DNA from: Candidatus Bathyarchaeota archaeon
Lineage (GTDB): Archaea; Thermoproteota; Bathyarchaeia; Bathyarchaeales; Bathycorpusculaceae
Direction: 5' to 3'
DNA length: 64,000 nucleotides
NCBI GenBank assembly: GCA_963833575.1
Contig: CAWHXY010000008.1
Span: 64,001-128,000, forward strand
A program made the translations under genes and the position numbers. Below are positions 1-11,057 of the stretch, one piece after another. Position 1 is the stretch's first letter; each line of letters opens with the position of its first letter. The notes beneath the pieces are model-generated. The model saw only the letters and a program-made list of their open reading frames with translations, did no database searches and had not been told where the DNA came from.

Positions 1-925
1 TGGCGCCGCAGTTGTAGACGGTGCAGTCTATGACTCCGTTGTTGTTTCCGGCTTCTTCGTATGCTGCAATTATTCCGAAGCAGCGGACATTGTAAACAGT
101 GCAATTGTAGATTATGTCGTTGTTGCCGCTGTATGTTATTCCATCATTGAAGTTTGATCCGGTGAGCATAGTTTTGGCAGAGGGCAATTGGTTTAGTCCG
201 TTTCCGTTTATTGTTGCTCCTGTTACGGTTACGAAGTTGCCGTATATCCACATGATTTTGGTGTTTAGGTTGTTGATGGCTGTTAGGACTGCGCCTGGTT
301 GGAATGTTACTGTGACGCTGTTGATGTTGATGTTCCATGTTGCGTCTACTGTGTATGCGCCGCTTTTGATGCAGATGGTGTTGTCGCTGGTGGCTTTTCC
401 TGTTGTTCCTAGTAGGTAGTTGAATGCTGTGCTGGAGCTTGTGCTTGTGTAGATTGGGGTGTTGGCGGAGTTTAGTATTTGGTAGTTTGAGCCTGAGGTG
501 TCCATGGTGTAGGAGTATGTTCCTGTTGGTGTGGCGGTTGGTGTTGGTGTGGGTGTTGGTACTGATGTTGTTTTTGGGGCCAGAGTTGGGGTTGGTGTTG
601 GTGTTGGTGTGGCGGTTGGTGTTGGTGTGGGTGTTGGTGTGGCGGTTGGTGTTGGTGTGGGTGTTGGTGTTGGTGTGGCTATTGGTTTTGGTGTGGGTGT
701 TGGTGTGGCTATTGGTTTTGGTGTGGGTGTTGGTGTGGCTGTTGGAGTAGGGGTTGGCCACCAGTGGATGGGGTTCCACGTAAATGTTCTAGCTTGAACT
801 ATGCTTGACGGAAACGCTGATATCATGCTTAGGATTAAGAGCGTGCAGATTACTGGAACTGCAAGTTTTGTGAGTTTTTTGAGGTTTACATGATGAAGTG
901 TTTTCGCTAAGTTGTGTTTTTTCAT
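1..925 (-). CDS. Secreted Pro/Thr-linker protein with right-handed parallel beta-helix (pectin-lyase-like) domain; 3' end runs off the window
   Basis: Not in the ORF track; translated by hand from ATG at 925: MKKHNLAK...[25 protein letters not shown] (signal peptide), (PT)n linker, then [11 protein letters not shown]...IYNCTVYN...VIDCTVYNC beta-helix-like repeats; open to position 1. Confidence 0.8.
   Translation of the reverse strand, partial: MKKHNLAKTLHHVNLKKLTKLAVPVICTLLILSMISAFPSSIVQARTFTWNPIHWWPTPTPTATPTPTPKPIATPTPTPKPIATPTPTPTPTPTATPTPTPTPTATPTPTPTPTLAPKTTSVPTPTPTPTATPTGTYSYTMDTSGSNYQILNSANTPIYTSTSSSTAFNYLLGTTGKATSDNTICIKSGAYTVDATWNININSVTVTFQPGAVLTAINNLNTKIMWIYGNFVTVTGATINGNGLNQLPSAKTMLTGSNFNDGITYSGNNDIIYNCTVYNVRCFGIIAAYEEAGNNNGVIDCTVYNCGA
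527..760 (-). repeat. Low-complexity (GGTGTT/GGTGTG)n tract encoding a Pro-Thr linker
   Basis: Hexamer tandem repeats read as [16 protein letters not shown] on the minus strand. Confidence 0.9.
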
Positions 926-1776
926 TTCTTTCTCTCTCTCTCTTCCCGAATTTTTGAAACCTTATCGGTTGCATCTGTTTTATAGATTCTTGAAAAATCC
1001 ATTACCAGAAATTGTCAACTTTAACGAATCTTTTGCGAAGTCAACTTGACAAAGTTTGCGAAATTTGATTTAACTTGACCCCTTAATGCTTCAGCTTGTG
1101 GCAAGATCATTAATAGTTGACACGTTTCTGATTAAAATTGTTTGAACTTGAATATTCGGGATGAAGAATAAGGAAATCCTGAATTCTCAGCACCATTCTG
1201 TTAAATTGTGCTCACTCACATGAAATTGCGAAGTTGTTAGGGGCTTATCATAAAGAAGATAGGTTTGGGAGATCACTCAAGGGATTGACAGGCATATTCA
1301 AAGTGTTAATCGTTGAGAAGGTTCACATATCTAACTCAACTATAATTATGATTAACTTAGTAAACAATGATCCAGTAAGGAGATATACAATGGAAACCAA
1401 TTTGGGTCAAATTGAGTTCTTATCACCAATGGAATAATTTATCATAAAGAACAGGTGTTTGGTAAATGATAATAGTTACTACCAAAACAAAATAGTAAGA
1501 GGGTTTACACAAAACACCGTCAATCCCCTCATTCTCGCAAAAAAAACAACTGGAATCCAAGAATGCCAACAGTGCAAATAAAACAAAGGTTGTTTTCGTT
1601 TGATCCGTTCAGTTAAACGTATGCGACTGTCTTATTTCCTCATTCAAAAGTATTTTGTTACATCTTAATTTCTGTATGGGCTTAAAGACTTAATAATTAA
1701 GAATTGCAAATAGTACTGACCGGGGGGGCAAAAAGTAGTTCAAAAAGGAAATGAGTTCTTTAAAAAGTTTCAACAC

Positions 1777-2478
1777 ATGATATGTGATGCTGCTTATGCT
1801 CAACCTCTTTCCAGATTTCTTTTTCTTAAAGAAGTTATCGAAAAAATAGTGCCCAGTGAAAAAATACAAGGATCCTATTTAGATATTGGTTGTAGCGAAG
1901 GCATTGCTTCCATGGTTCTGTCAAAACATTTTTCAGAAACAGTAAATACTGATATTGAAAAATGGGCGATTCGAAGTGGCAAGCAGAATTGCAAAAATAA
2001 TTGTATTAATGCTAATTTTATAGCTTCCGATGCGTTAAAATTACCTTTTGTGGATTCAAGCTTTGACGTTATAACATCGTTTTCGCTTATCGAGCATTTG
2101 AATAATCAGAATGAGCTTTTGCATGAAGCAAATAGACTTCTTCGGGAAAACGGAATTTTCATCATGCAAGTCCCCAACCGCAGTTTTTTTGTAGAACTGC
2201 ATACCGGCTTTCCTTTTCCCGCAATCATTCCTAATAAATTTTGGATTTTATATTGCAGATATCTTCTGAAGAGTGGTGAATATCAAGTAAAAAATCTGAA
2301 CAAGCATGAAGTTACTGAGCTCTGCAACTCTAACTTTAATCATACGTACGTTTTGGAGTGCAATTATACTGAGGATAATGTCCCTTTGACTTTTAGAATA
2401 ATATACAAGTTACTTAATAAAGTTGGCATTCTTCATGTTTTTCCTATGGGGTGGATTGCGTTTTGTACAAAAAATTAA
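1777..2478 (+). CDS. Class I SAM-dependent methyltransferase (Methyltransf_11-like)
   Basis: YLDIGCSEG motif I, DALKLPFVDSSFDVI, LIEHL, LLRENGIF. Confidence 0.9.
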   Translation: MICDAAYAQPLSRFLFLKEVIEKIVPSEKIQGSYLDIGCSEGIASMVLSKHFSETVNTDIEKWAIRSGKQNCKNNCINANFIASDALKLPFVDSSFDVITSFSLIEHLNNQNELLHEANRLLRENGIFIMQVPNRSFFVELHTGFPFPAIIPNKFWILYCRYLLKSGEYQVKNLNKHEVTELCNSNFNHTYVLECNYTEDNVPLTFRIIYKLLNKVGILHVFPMGWIAFCTKN

Positions 2479-2835
2479 GAAAATCGATAGTAGACTAGGC
2501 AGTGGTTAAGTCTCGGTTATACACACACGACTATAATCCAGGTGACAACTGTTTTCTCTATCTCCAACAATTCGAGATTTTCCAACGTTGATAATTCTGT
2601 CACTCTGTTTGCGAATAGGCACTAAGTCTTGCCCTTTATCGATAAACTTGGAAAGAAGGGAAAAGTAATAGGGTGAGAATGCAAAAGAGAAAGAATAATT
2701 AATAGGCTTCGCCTAAGCACTATCTTGTCCTTTTAGGGGACTTAGTTGCAAATTCAAAATGTAGGTTGCAGAAAGATTCTTAATCTTTAATTAGGTCTTT
2801 CGGTGTCGATTCAACTAAACTGATTCACAATTTGC

Positions 2836-4437
2836 CTAAGTTGCTGTCTCGCTATTAATTTGTGCTTGTAGGATTTTCATCAATTTCTCAATTAGGTTAA
2901 GCAAAAAACGTAGCGGTTTACTAAGAGGACCAAGAGCATCAACAATTTCCCGAAGATTTTTTAAGTCAGCCCAGTTAAGAGTTCGAGTAATTACAGCAGC
3001 AAAAATAAAAACAAAAAAGAAAACAATTACACCGATGACTAATTGTATCAGATTGGAGAAAGACAATTGAGAAATAAGCACGTAGGTTAAGACGGCAGCT
3101 ATTATTGACGAAAACAGAATCTTTGCAGAAGAAACCCAATCCACCGATACGCCAAATCGCTTTTTAATGAAAAGTAGACTTATGAGTAAACTTGGAAGCC
3201 CATCAATTAACGCGGTAACAATTAAACCTATAACGCCAAACTGAGAAATCAACACAAAACTCAAAGGAAAACCGATCACAATTGAAAGAATAGCCAATTT
3301 CAGGTTGAATGTTGTTTCACCTTGACCGTTTATCAGGTTGCCTGCACTCAAACTGCCAAAAGCAGCCAAAAGATAACTCATAGACAACAAGGCCAAAAAC
3401 AATGGCGCTTGAGTATACTTTTCTCCATATATGGTGCCAATAGCAGGTTGTGCAAGAGCAATAAGCAAAGCGGTAACTGGCACAACAATCAGCGCTGCGT
3501 ACTTAACCGAATACTGGAAAACATTCTTCAGAACCTCTTTATCTTTCAGATGATCCAATTTTGAAAAAGCGGGAAACAGCATAGTTGTTACGGGAGTAGC
3601 AAAGAAACCAATCAAAACCACGAAATTTAAGGCTACATTATAATTGCCGATAATAGCGTTATTGATAACATAGTATGCCAATATGTAACTATAGAACATA
3701 GTCAAAAATCCTGTGAGAATAGTGCCTATCGACAAAGGTAAACCATACCTTAGCATGATTTTAATATTTAATATGATTTCCAGTTTTCCATTAGTGGGTT
3801 TAGGCAAGGATTTGTACATAGTCCACATCAGAAGCACACCTGTTAAACCTGCAAATACGCTGCCAGCTATGAAACCTTCAACTGCTCCAAGAGTGCCCAA
3901 ACCTAAGAGTACAAGTGCAACTACCAGAATAGTTTTGACTACTGATTGAATTATCAACATGTAGCTGCAGAGGTGCATTTTCTCTAAACCTGTGAAAGCT
4001 GCAGTTGCCGCGTTTACCAGCGCACCAGCCAAGATGAAAAAGGAAGCGATCTGGATCAATGGAGATATAGCTGGTCGGTTAAAGCTTATAGCTAAATAAT
4101 GAGCGAGGAAAAAAGAAAGGATGGAGAGTGCTAGACCCAAAACAATCTCGAATAGTGTACCCGAAACAAAAACGCTTCTTATTTTAGCCACATTGTTTTC
4201 ACGGTTGTATTGTGCAGAGTATTTTACCATAGCCGTGTTGATGCCCCAATCCCTGAATGTAGAAATTAGGTTCGGGGCAGTAAGAGCAATTGCATACAGA
4301 CCATAATTATCTGGACCTAGAAGCCGAGCGATAATTATTATACCTACGGCTGAGATGACAGTGGAAGCAACTAAGCCCCAAAGAAGGTGAAAGCTACCTT
4401 TAGCTGAAACCCTTGCCATCTCTGTAGCCTTAGTCAT
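2836..4437 (-). CDS. Wzx-type oligosaccharide flippase (MOP superfamily)
   Basis: IARLLGPDNYGLY, IGNYNVA..LFPAFSK motifs and about 14 hydrophobic segments; start moved to MTKATEMARVSAKG at 4437. Confidence 0.9.
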   Translation of the reverse strand: MTKATEMARVSAKGSFHLLWGLVASTVISAVGIIIIARLLGPDNYGLYAIALTAPNLISTFRDWGINTAMVKYSAQYNRENNVAKIRSVFVSGTLFEIVLGLALSILSFFLAHYLAISFNRPAISPLIQIASFFILAGALVNAATAAFTGLEKMHLCSYMLIIQSVVKTILVVALVLLGLGTLGAVEGFIAGSVFAGLTGVLLMWTMYKSLPKPTNGKLEIILNIKIMLRYGLPLSIGTILTGFLTMFYSYILAYYVINNAIIGNYNVALNFVVLIGFFATPVTTMLFPAFSKLDHLKDKEVLKNVFQYSVKYAALIVVPVTALLIALAQPAIGTIYGEKYTQAPLFLALLSMSYLLAAFGSLSAGNLINGQGETTFNLKLAILSIVIGFPLSFVLISQFGVIGLIVTALIDGLPSLLISLLFIKKRFGVSVDWVSSAKILFSSIIAAVLTYVLISQLSFSNLIQLVIGVIVFFFVFIFAAVITRTLNWADLKNLREIVDALGPLSKPLRFLLNLIEKLMKILQAQINSETAT

Positions 4438-4959
4438 TTTCCAATCCCAATAGCTCTTAATTTGTTGATGAGTGATGTTTATCGCTTTTGGTTTTAATGC
4501 ATTAGAATTATCCACAATTTATCAATTGATTGCTTGTTGACGATGTGTTATCCTTTTTAGCATATTTGAGCTGAATATTCTGATAAAGAAAGAGTTTCTT
4601 TTCAGCCCTCATCTATTGAAAAGGCCGATTGCAAAGACGGAAATCTTCAGAACTCCGCGGCAATAGCATTAAGGCGCTTCAAGCTCAAAATAAAGGGAAC
4701 AAAATTGACTAAAATTTAGGCACGAAACGCGAAATAGTTCCAAGAGTAAATCCAAAAAAAGAACAAACATAAAATGCCCCCTCAAAAAATTACCAATCAT
4801 TTCTCTGAATTACTTAACCGAACTCTAGTTCTTAGCCCAAATGGATGAAGAAAGCTTATCTTCACCTAAACAAGCATTAGATTTAAGAATACTAAGATTC
4901 CAAAAAAGATTCATGCTTCAGATAAAGATATTAATTGAAGTGAGAACAAAGGTTAATAA

Positions 4960-5748
4960 ATGCCTCAACTCCAAAAAAAGAAAGTCAACCAAGATATAAA
5001 TACAGTGATTATGATAGGCGCAGTACTTATAACAGGCATAGTCATGATGCTGCTCTCGGTACTGAATGGTTCATCATTTCTAGCTATTCTGGGCGTTTCC
5101 GTATCATTTTGGAGTGTGCTGCTTCTCTTCTTTACTCCCACAAAACATGCATTTCTCGCCTTGTTGAAGGCCTCTGCGAACGCAGGTGGAAGCAACATTG
5201 AACGCTGCCTCATGGAGTTCAATTCGGCTGAAAAGGGCGTGTACTTACCCCCTCAAAACCTTCGAGACTTCGAATCTAGTCTCGTATTCGTACCTGAAAC
5301 AATCCAGACGCCTTTACCAATATCAGCTGAAAAGAGCGATAAGTTATTTACTGAAAAAAAAACTGGGCTGTTTATTACTCCCCCGGGACTTGCCCTTGCT
5401 ACAATGTTTGAACATGAACTCGGCTTGTCTTTCAGAAAAATCACTCTTCCTCAAATGCAGAAGGCTATTTTGAGATTGATTCGCAATCTGAAATTTGCGG
5501 AAAATGCCCAAATTCAGATTAAAGATAAATTAATAATCTTAGAAGTGACTGGCAGCATTTTTAATATGCTTTGCGACGAAACCAGAAATAATCAACCTCG
5601 AACTCACACGCAAGTCGGATGCATTTTAGCAAGTGCTTTCGCATGTGCATTTGCTAAAGCTTCAGATGAGCCGATAACAATCCAAAAAGATACGTTAAAC
5701 AATGATACCAAAACCCTGATTATTCAGTATAGTATAGGTGGAGTGTAA
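4960..5748 (+). CDS. Hypothetical membrane protein (2 N-terminal TM; C-terminal Cys-containing, possibly V4R-like domain)
   Basis: Long ORF with two TM helices and LC...VGCILASAFACA; the fold call is inference. Confidence 0.65.
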   Translation: MPQLQKKKVNQDINTVIMIGAVLITGIVMMLLSVLNGSSFLAILGVSVSFWSVLLLFFTPTKHAFLALLKASANAGGSNIERCLMEFNSAEKGVYLPPQNLRDFESSLVFVPETIQTPLPISAEKSDKLFTEKKTGLFITPPGLALATMFEHELGLSFRKITLPQMQKAILRLIRNLKFAENAQIQIKDKLIILEVTGSIFNMLCDETRNNQPRTHTQVGCILASAFACAFAKASDEPITIQKDTLNNDTKTLIIQYSIGGV

Positions 5749-5959
5749 AATGTTTCTTCCTCCATTAACTCTACAGGATATAAGTGTACTCCTTGCTGTC
5801 AGTGCTATCCTTCTCCTTATTACTGCAGAAATTGCCCCATATGCTTCAGGGGGGCAGACGTTAACTTCAGATATCAAGAAACTTCGCAACTTGGCTTTGG
5901 TACTCGGCATGTTGTTCTTGGCAACGATTATCCTAGAATATCTGCCACTAAACTTTTAA
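5738..5959 (+). CDS. Small 2-TM membrane protein
   Basis: Two hydrophobic helices; abuts the upstream gene (probable start MFLPP at 5750). Confidence 0.65.
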   Translation: MECKMFLPPLTLQDISVLLAVSAILLLITAEIAPYASGGQTLTSDIKKLRNLALVLGMLFLATIILEYLPLNF

Positions 5960-6311
5960 TTGCAAAGACTTTCGAAAACTCTGCAAACATAGATTCAATT
6001 GCATAATATTATCCTATTTCCTTAAAGAAATTGGATATGACTATTCTATTGAATCAAAAGAAAATTAAACAAATTAAGAAATTACTTATCCAATCTGACA
6101 ATAATAACGAAGCTTGCAGTTTGAAAATTTACAAGTTTTACGTGCAATCATGACAGACGGTATTTTATAAAAAAATGATCTTTGGCTGAACACGAAAGCT
6201 ACGCTCTAAAAGATATAAAAGTGTGGAAAGGTTAAAAAACATTGAGAACGGGTGTCTTCAATAGGCATTTACTCAATTTAAATCAAACATAAACATCAGA
6301 AGAAAAAAAGT

Positions 6312-9191
6312 ATGAAGAAACTACAAATCCTAATAATTGCGTTTCTACTTTCGTTATCGATCTTTGCATTCGTGAGCATGCAAGCCAAAGCTGCAAATGC
6401 ACCCATTAGTCTAAGTGTAAATTCAGGTTATGTTGGTGACAGTGTTACGGTTTCCGCAAACAGCGGTTTTGGTCCTGGTTCAGGGGTTACTATAACCATA
6501 AAGTTTGATGACGTCGCTCTGAACACTTCTCCGAGTCCAGTAACTACTAATGGCCTGGGCGGATTTACTGCTATCTTCACTGTTCCGACTGCAACTCCAG
6601 GCACGCACACTGTTACTGCAACAGACTCCAACAGCAACACAGGTTCAATAACGTTTACGGTTTATGCTCCTCCTGTTGTTGCTGTATCTCCTACATCGTG
6701 GAGTATGGACGTTAATCAATCTAAGACGTTTGTTGCTTCTGCAAGTGGTGGCTCTGGTACCTACTCGAGTTATCAATGGTATGTTGGTAGTTCTATTCAA
6801 TCTGGTGCGACTGCATCAACGTTCAATTATTCTCCTACATCTGCAGGTTCCTATTCGATACTCGTGACCGTTACTGACAGTTTAGGAAAAACTTCAGCTC
6901 AGTCTTCTCCTGCTGCCTCGGTTACTGTGAATTCTGCGTTGGTTGCTCCTACTGTGTCTGCTTCTGCGAGTACGATTAATCAGGGTCAAAATTGCAGTTT
7001 GTCTTCTGTTGCTGTGTCTACCGGTACTGGTCCGTATACGTATCAGTGGCTTGAGAAGGTTCCTGGCGCAAGTTCATACTCATTGATTAGCGGTGCAATT
7101 TCATCAACCTACTCTTTCATTACTTCTAGTTCTACGACTACTGGATCTTGGGGTTTTGAGCTTCAAGTTACTGACTCCGCTTCGGAAGTTGTTATCTCAA
7201 CCTCTGTGTCAGTAATAGTTAATGCAGTTCCAATTGTGAATGTAACGCCTATCTCATGGACTATGGACGTTGGTCAGTCTCTAACGTTCACGGCTACTCC
7301 AAGCGGCGGGTCAGGCAGTTACCCATCTACGGGTTATAAGTGGTATGTGGGTGGCGTTGTTCAGAGCGGCCAGACCGCGTCAACATTTAGTTATTCTCCC
7401 ACATCTGCAGGGGCTTTCTTGATTACTGTGACAGTTACTGATAGTCAAGGCGGGACTTCGGCTATATCTTCTGCTGCGACAGTAACTGTTAATGCTTCGC
7501 CGACCGTAAGTATTGCTCCCATTGGTCCTCTCACCTTAGGTTTTGCTCAAGTTCAGTCATTTACGGCTACTCCTAGTGGTGGTTCAGGTACTTTGTCTTA
7601 TCAGTGGTATTTAGACGGCATCGCGGTTGGCAACATTGCAACTTATTCTTATACTGCTGTTGCCGGTTCTCATCAAGTTTATGTTAATGTAACTGATAAC
7701 GCGAGTGCACCGTACATGGTTAAGTCTAACGTTGTTTCGATTACTGTGAATTCTGCGTTGGCTCCTCCTACTGTGTCTGCTTCGGTGAGTTCCGTTAAGC
7801 AGGGTGAGACTTGCAGTTTGTCTTCTGTTGCTGTGTCTACCGGTACTGGTCCGTATACGTATCAGTGGCTTGAGAAGGTTCCTGGCGCAAGTTCTTATTC
7901 GCCGATTAGTGGTGCGACTTCAACCAGTTATTCTTTTGTTACTGCGGATTCTACGATTCCGGGTGTTTGGAGTTTTAAGCTTAATGTTACTGATGCGGCT
8001 TTGGCAGTGGTTACTTCGAACTCTGTGTTGGTTACAGTGAATTCTGCTCCGCTAGATCACTTTGTATTTAGCTCCGTAGGTAACCAGATTGCAGGTACAT
8101 CATTTAGCATAACAATTACAGCTATGGACGCTCTAAACAATACACTTACGAATTACAGCGGAACCAACAATTTGAATGTTTCAACTGGAACTATTAGTCC
8201 ATCTAGCACCGGCGCCTTCTCGAATGGTGTTTGGAGTGGTTCAGTCACAGTCACAAAAGCTGGTTCAGGAATCTGGCTTTTCACATCTGTTTCTGGCATG
8301 TCTGGAACGAGTAGCAGTTTCACCGTTAACCCTAGTGTTCTTGACCATTTCACGTTCAGCACTGTTAGTGATCAAACTGTTGGTTCTGCTTTTACAATAA
8401 CCGTCACCGCTGAAGACGCGTTTAACAACGCGGTTACAGATTATGTTGGCACGCCTTCTTTGACCGTTTCAGCAGGATCCATTAATCCACAAACTATGCC
8501 TGCTTTCGTTAGCGGAGTAGGGTCCACTTCGATTACGATCAATAATGCCGGATCAAGCCTTACTATTACAGCTACTGATGGCACTCATACCGGCGGAAGT
8601 AACCCATTTACAATAACACTTAACCCAACTCCCACACCAACATCATCTCCCACTCAAACGTCAACGCCAACACTTTCTCCCACAACTAAACCCACAACCA
8701 CGCCTGCATCTTCATCAATTATAGCTCCGTTTGTTACAACCGTGCCAGCTATCACAGATAACGGAACAACAATTAATCTTGAAATCAGATCCAACACAAA
8801 CAGTTCACAAATATCCAGCGCCACAATCATAACAAATCAAACCATCAAAACAACCATAGTGTCTTTCACAATAACAGGACCAGATGGTCTATCAATCTTT
8901 AACAATGTGACTATTCCGAAGAATGCAATCTCATATGGAACAATCCCAGTTGTATTAGTGGACGATCAGTACGCTTCAAACCAGGGGTACGCGCAAGATG
9001 CCAATAACTTTTACGTCTGGTACGAAACGCAGTTTAGCACACATCAAGTGAAGATACAATTTGCAGCATCTTCCTCATTGCAACTGCCAATTTCGCCTGT
9101 GGTTATCGTCGGTGTAATCGTCACAGAAATCGTTTTAATCTACACGGCAATAGCCGTCCGTCGCTTAAGACGAAAGCCTGGCAACGAATAA
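6312..9191 (+). CDS. Membrane-anchored cell-surface protein with Ig-like/PKD-like repeats
   Basis: Signal peptide, Ser/Thr-rich beta-sandwich repeats (YQWY, VTVTDS), PT linker, C-terminal TM with basic tail RRLRRK. Confidence 0.85.
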   Translation: MKKLQILIIAFLLSLSIFAFVSMQAKAANAPISLSVNSGYVGDSVTVSANSGFGPGSGVTITIKFDDVALNTSPSPVTTNGLGGFTAIFTVPTATPGTHTVTATDSNSNTGSITFTVYAPPVVAVSPTSWSMDVNQSKTFVASASGGSGTYSSYQWYVGSSIQSGATASTFNYSPTSAGSYSILVTVTDSLGKTSAQSSPAASVTVNSALVAPTVSASASTINQGQNCSLSSVAVSTGTGPYTYQWLEKVPGASSYSLISGAISSTYSFITSSSTTTGSWGFELQVTDSASEVVISTSVSVIVNAVPIVNVTPISWTMDVGQSLTFTATPSGGSGSYPSTGYKWYVGGVVQSGQTASTFSYSPTSAGAFLITVTVTDSQGGTSAISSAATVTVNASPTVSIAPIGPLTLGFAQVQSFTATPSGGSGTLSYQWYLDGIAVGNIATYSYTAVAGSHQVYVNVTDNASAPYMVKSNVVSITVNSALAPPTVSASVSSVKQGETCSLSSVAVSTGTGPYTYQWLEKVPGASSYSPISGATSTSYSFVTADSTIPGVWSFKLNVTDAALAVVTSNSVLVTVNSAPLDHFVFSSVGNQIAGTSFSITITAMDALNNTLTNYSGTNNLNVSTGTISPSSTGAFSNGVWSGSVTVTKAGSGIWLFTSVSGMSGTSSSFTVNPSVLDHFTFSTVSDQTVGSAFTITVTAEDAFNNAVTDYVGTPSLTVSAGSINPQTMPAFVSGVGSTSITINNAGSSLTITATDGTHTGGSNPFTITLNPTPTPTSSPTQTSTPTLSPTTKPTTTPASSSIIAPFVTTVPAITDNGTTINLEIRSNTNSSQISSATIITNQTIKTTIVSFTITGPDGLSIFNNVTIPKNAISYGTIPVVLVDDQYASNQGYAQDANNFYVWYETQFSTHQVKIQFAASSSLQLPISPVVIVGVIVTEIVLIYTAIAVRRLRRKPGNE
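6992..7894 (+). repeat. Identical 84-bp intragenic direct repeat (6992-7075 and 7811-7894)
   Basis: ttgcagtttgtcttctgttg...cctggcgcaagttc is present twice, within a longer imperfect domain duplication. Confidence 0.9.
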
Positions 9192-9333
9192 ACTTGAACT
9201 TCAAAACTCAATTTTTAGGGAACCGTTTACATTCGTTTTGTAGTTTTGTTGTACAGGTATTCTTTTCTATGGGTGTTGTCACAACACTTTTAAGGTATGT
9301 ATTGTGATTTAAGACTTAAGATGTGCTAAAAGG

Positions 9334-9918
9334 ATGGATTTTAAAACTTTAAAAAAAGCCTCGCAATCATCCTCAAAAAAATCGACACACTTAAAAATCC
9401 TCAAAAAAATCAGCGCCATCAAGACTAACCTGAAGAAAATTAATGTAAAGCAGTTCAACTTAAAGAAAATTAATCTTAGAATAACAGGTGTCATCATACT
9501 AATGATTCTGGCGATATCACTCACCCTAACAACTTACGCAGCTTTAACAACAAACAAAACCGTCCTTTCAGCAGGAGGAGTAACTGTCACAGCAAACCTA
9601 GGAGTTTACTCAGACAACGCTTTTCAAAATAACTTAACATCAATAAATTGGGGTTCACCAACGCCTGGAACAAATGTCACCAGGACAATATACATCAAAA
9701 ACACTAGTAGCGGAGTATCTCTCGCATTAAGTATGGTGCCTATCGGTTGGATTCCAACAAACGCAAACGGACCAATAACCCTTACATGGGACCAAGAAGG
9801 CACAAGACTCTTACCTGGCCAATCAACTGCCGCAATGTTGACCTTGGTAATTTCACCGACCGTGGTTGATATTACGAATTTTAGCGTCTCAATCTCGATA
9901 CTAGGAACACAATACTAA
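9334..9918 (+). CDS. Exported/membrane-anchored small beta-sandwich protein with Lys-rich N-terminus
   Basis: Repeated LKKI, one hydrophobic helix, then NLGVYSD...SINWG...IYIKN beta-rich domain. Confidence 0.7.
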   Translation: MDFKTLKKASQSSSKKSTHLKILKKISAIKTNLKKINVKQFNLKKINLRITGVIILMILAISLTLTTYAALTTNKTVLSAGGVTVTANLGVYSDNAFQNNLTSINWGSPTPGTNVTRTIYIKNTSSGVSLALSMVPIGWIPTNANGPITLTWDQEGTRLLPGQSTAAMLTLVISPTVVDITNFSVSISILGTQY

Positions 9919-10448
9919 TAATGAAGTCTCAAACAAAACTACTTTTTTCTATAAAGAAAATCCTAATATTTCTTTAATAGTGCGTTTCTATTTTTTTCGA
10001 TGTTGAGTCTCAGCAAGTTTTCATGGATTGTAACTTTTTATGGATTTTTTGAGGCTAATCTTGAGCTCATTTGAAATCTTGGTCAATGAAGAACGAAGAG
10101 AAAAGATTTGTAAAAAACTTTTTCATTTGATTTAAGTTTGTATAATTTTCCTCCCGATAGAAGACTTCAATTTTGCTTTTCAACTGCAATAAAGAGTAAG
10201 TTGCCCTTAAAGTGCGTTCTTTAATCGTTTGTGTTGGCCTGTTTTCACTTGTACTGGACTAGAGTCTGTGGATTGCGAACAACTTGAATTTTGGATGGGG
10301 TATTAGCATTTTTGATTGATGTGTCTTTTTTGTATACATCAATTTTCGTAATATGTCAATGTTCGAAGTAACCGCTATATTAAGTCTCAATACACTTTTA
10401 ACTGTAGGTAAGTATTACAAAACGACATAAGGAGAAAAGGGCAATAAA

Positions 10449-10814
10449 ATGGACTACATGCAAATTGAGAACTTTCCAAAAATACGGCTGAACTTTAACT
10501 CTACGAGCTTTGATAAAACTATACTTGAAGCGTTAGATCAGACATTTTCAAAGTTAGGTGAGGAGGTTAAACAAAAGTTCTATTTCTTCTTAGACGTAAA
10601 CTTCAAAATAAGCAAAGAAAACATACCTGATCAAATAGGTGATTTTGTTTGTGCTCTCGAAAGTATTTTTGGGGCAAGTGCGTCGCTCCTCGAAATGGAT
10701 GTAATGAAAACTTTAAGGCAAAATGTTCCTTCTTTCACCTACGTAGCTGAGAGTCCTGAGATAAGCTTTGAGCGTTATTTATTCTCATTAAAGCAGTATA
10801 TTGAAAACACCTAA
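10449..10814 (+). CDS. DUF3227/NitrOD5-like small helical protein
   Basis: LEALDQTFSKLGEEVK..F.L...F.I.KE.IP....F...LESIFG pattern shared with 47252 and 50993; AGGAG upstream. Confidence 0.7.
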   Translation: MDYMQIENFPKIRLNFNSTSFDKTILEALDQTFSKLGEEVKQKFYFFLDVNFKISKENIPDQIGDFVCALESIFGASASLLEMDVMKTLRQNVPSFTYVAESPEISFERYLFSLKQYIENT

Positions 10815-11057
10815 ATATTTTCTTTATTTTTGGCTCTTTTTTGTGTATTTTTGTTCTACGGTTCTATTTTTTTGGTCTAGTCTGAGTTTGCATGGGGTTT
10901 CTTATGGTTTTTGGCTAGTTTTTTGGTTGTTTTTGTTTTTGGGGTGACTGTTTGTTATGCTTTGATATGCTAGTGGTATGTCTTAAGCTTTATATCGTGC
11001 TTTATTGTATATTGAGATACGTGCAACAATAGGTCTGATAAAGTACATATTGTACAC

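Noticed and set aside
114-974. ORF-track calls 114-419, 144-779, 424-750, 531-797, 789-974
   Set aside because: Off-frame or antisense shadows of the real minus-strand gene starting at 925
1234-1437. 67-aa TTG ORF
   Set aside because: No motif or clear RBS; cannot be supported
6992-7894. Repeat pair as DGR template/variable region
   Set aside because: The core is identical with no adenine-specific mismatches, and there is no reverse transcriptase in the window
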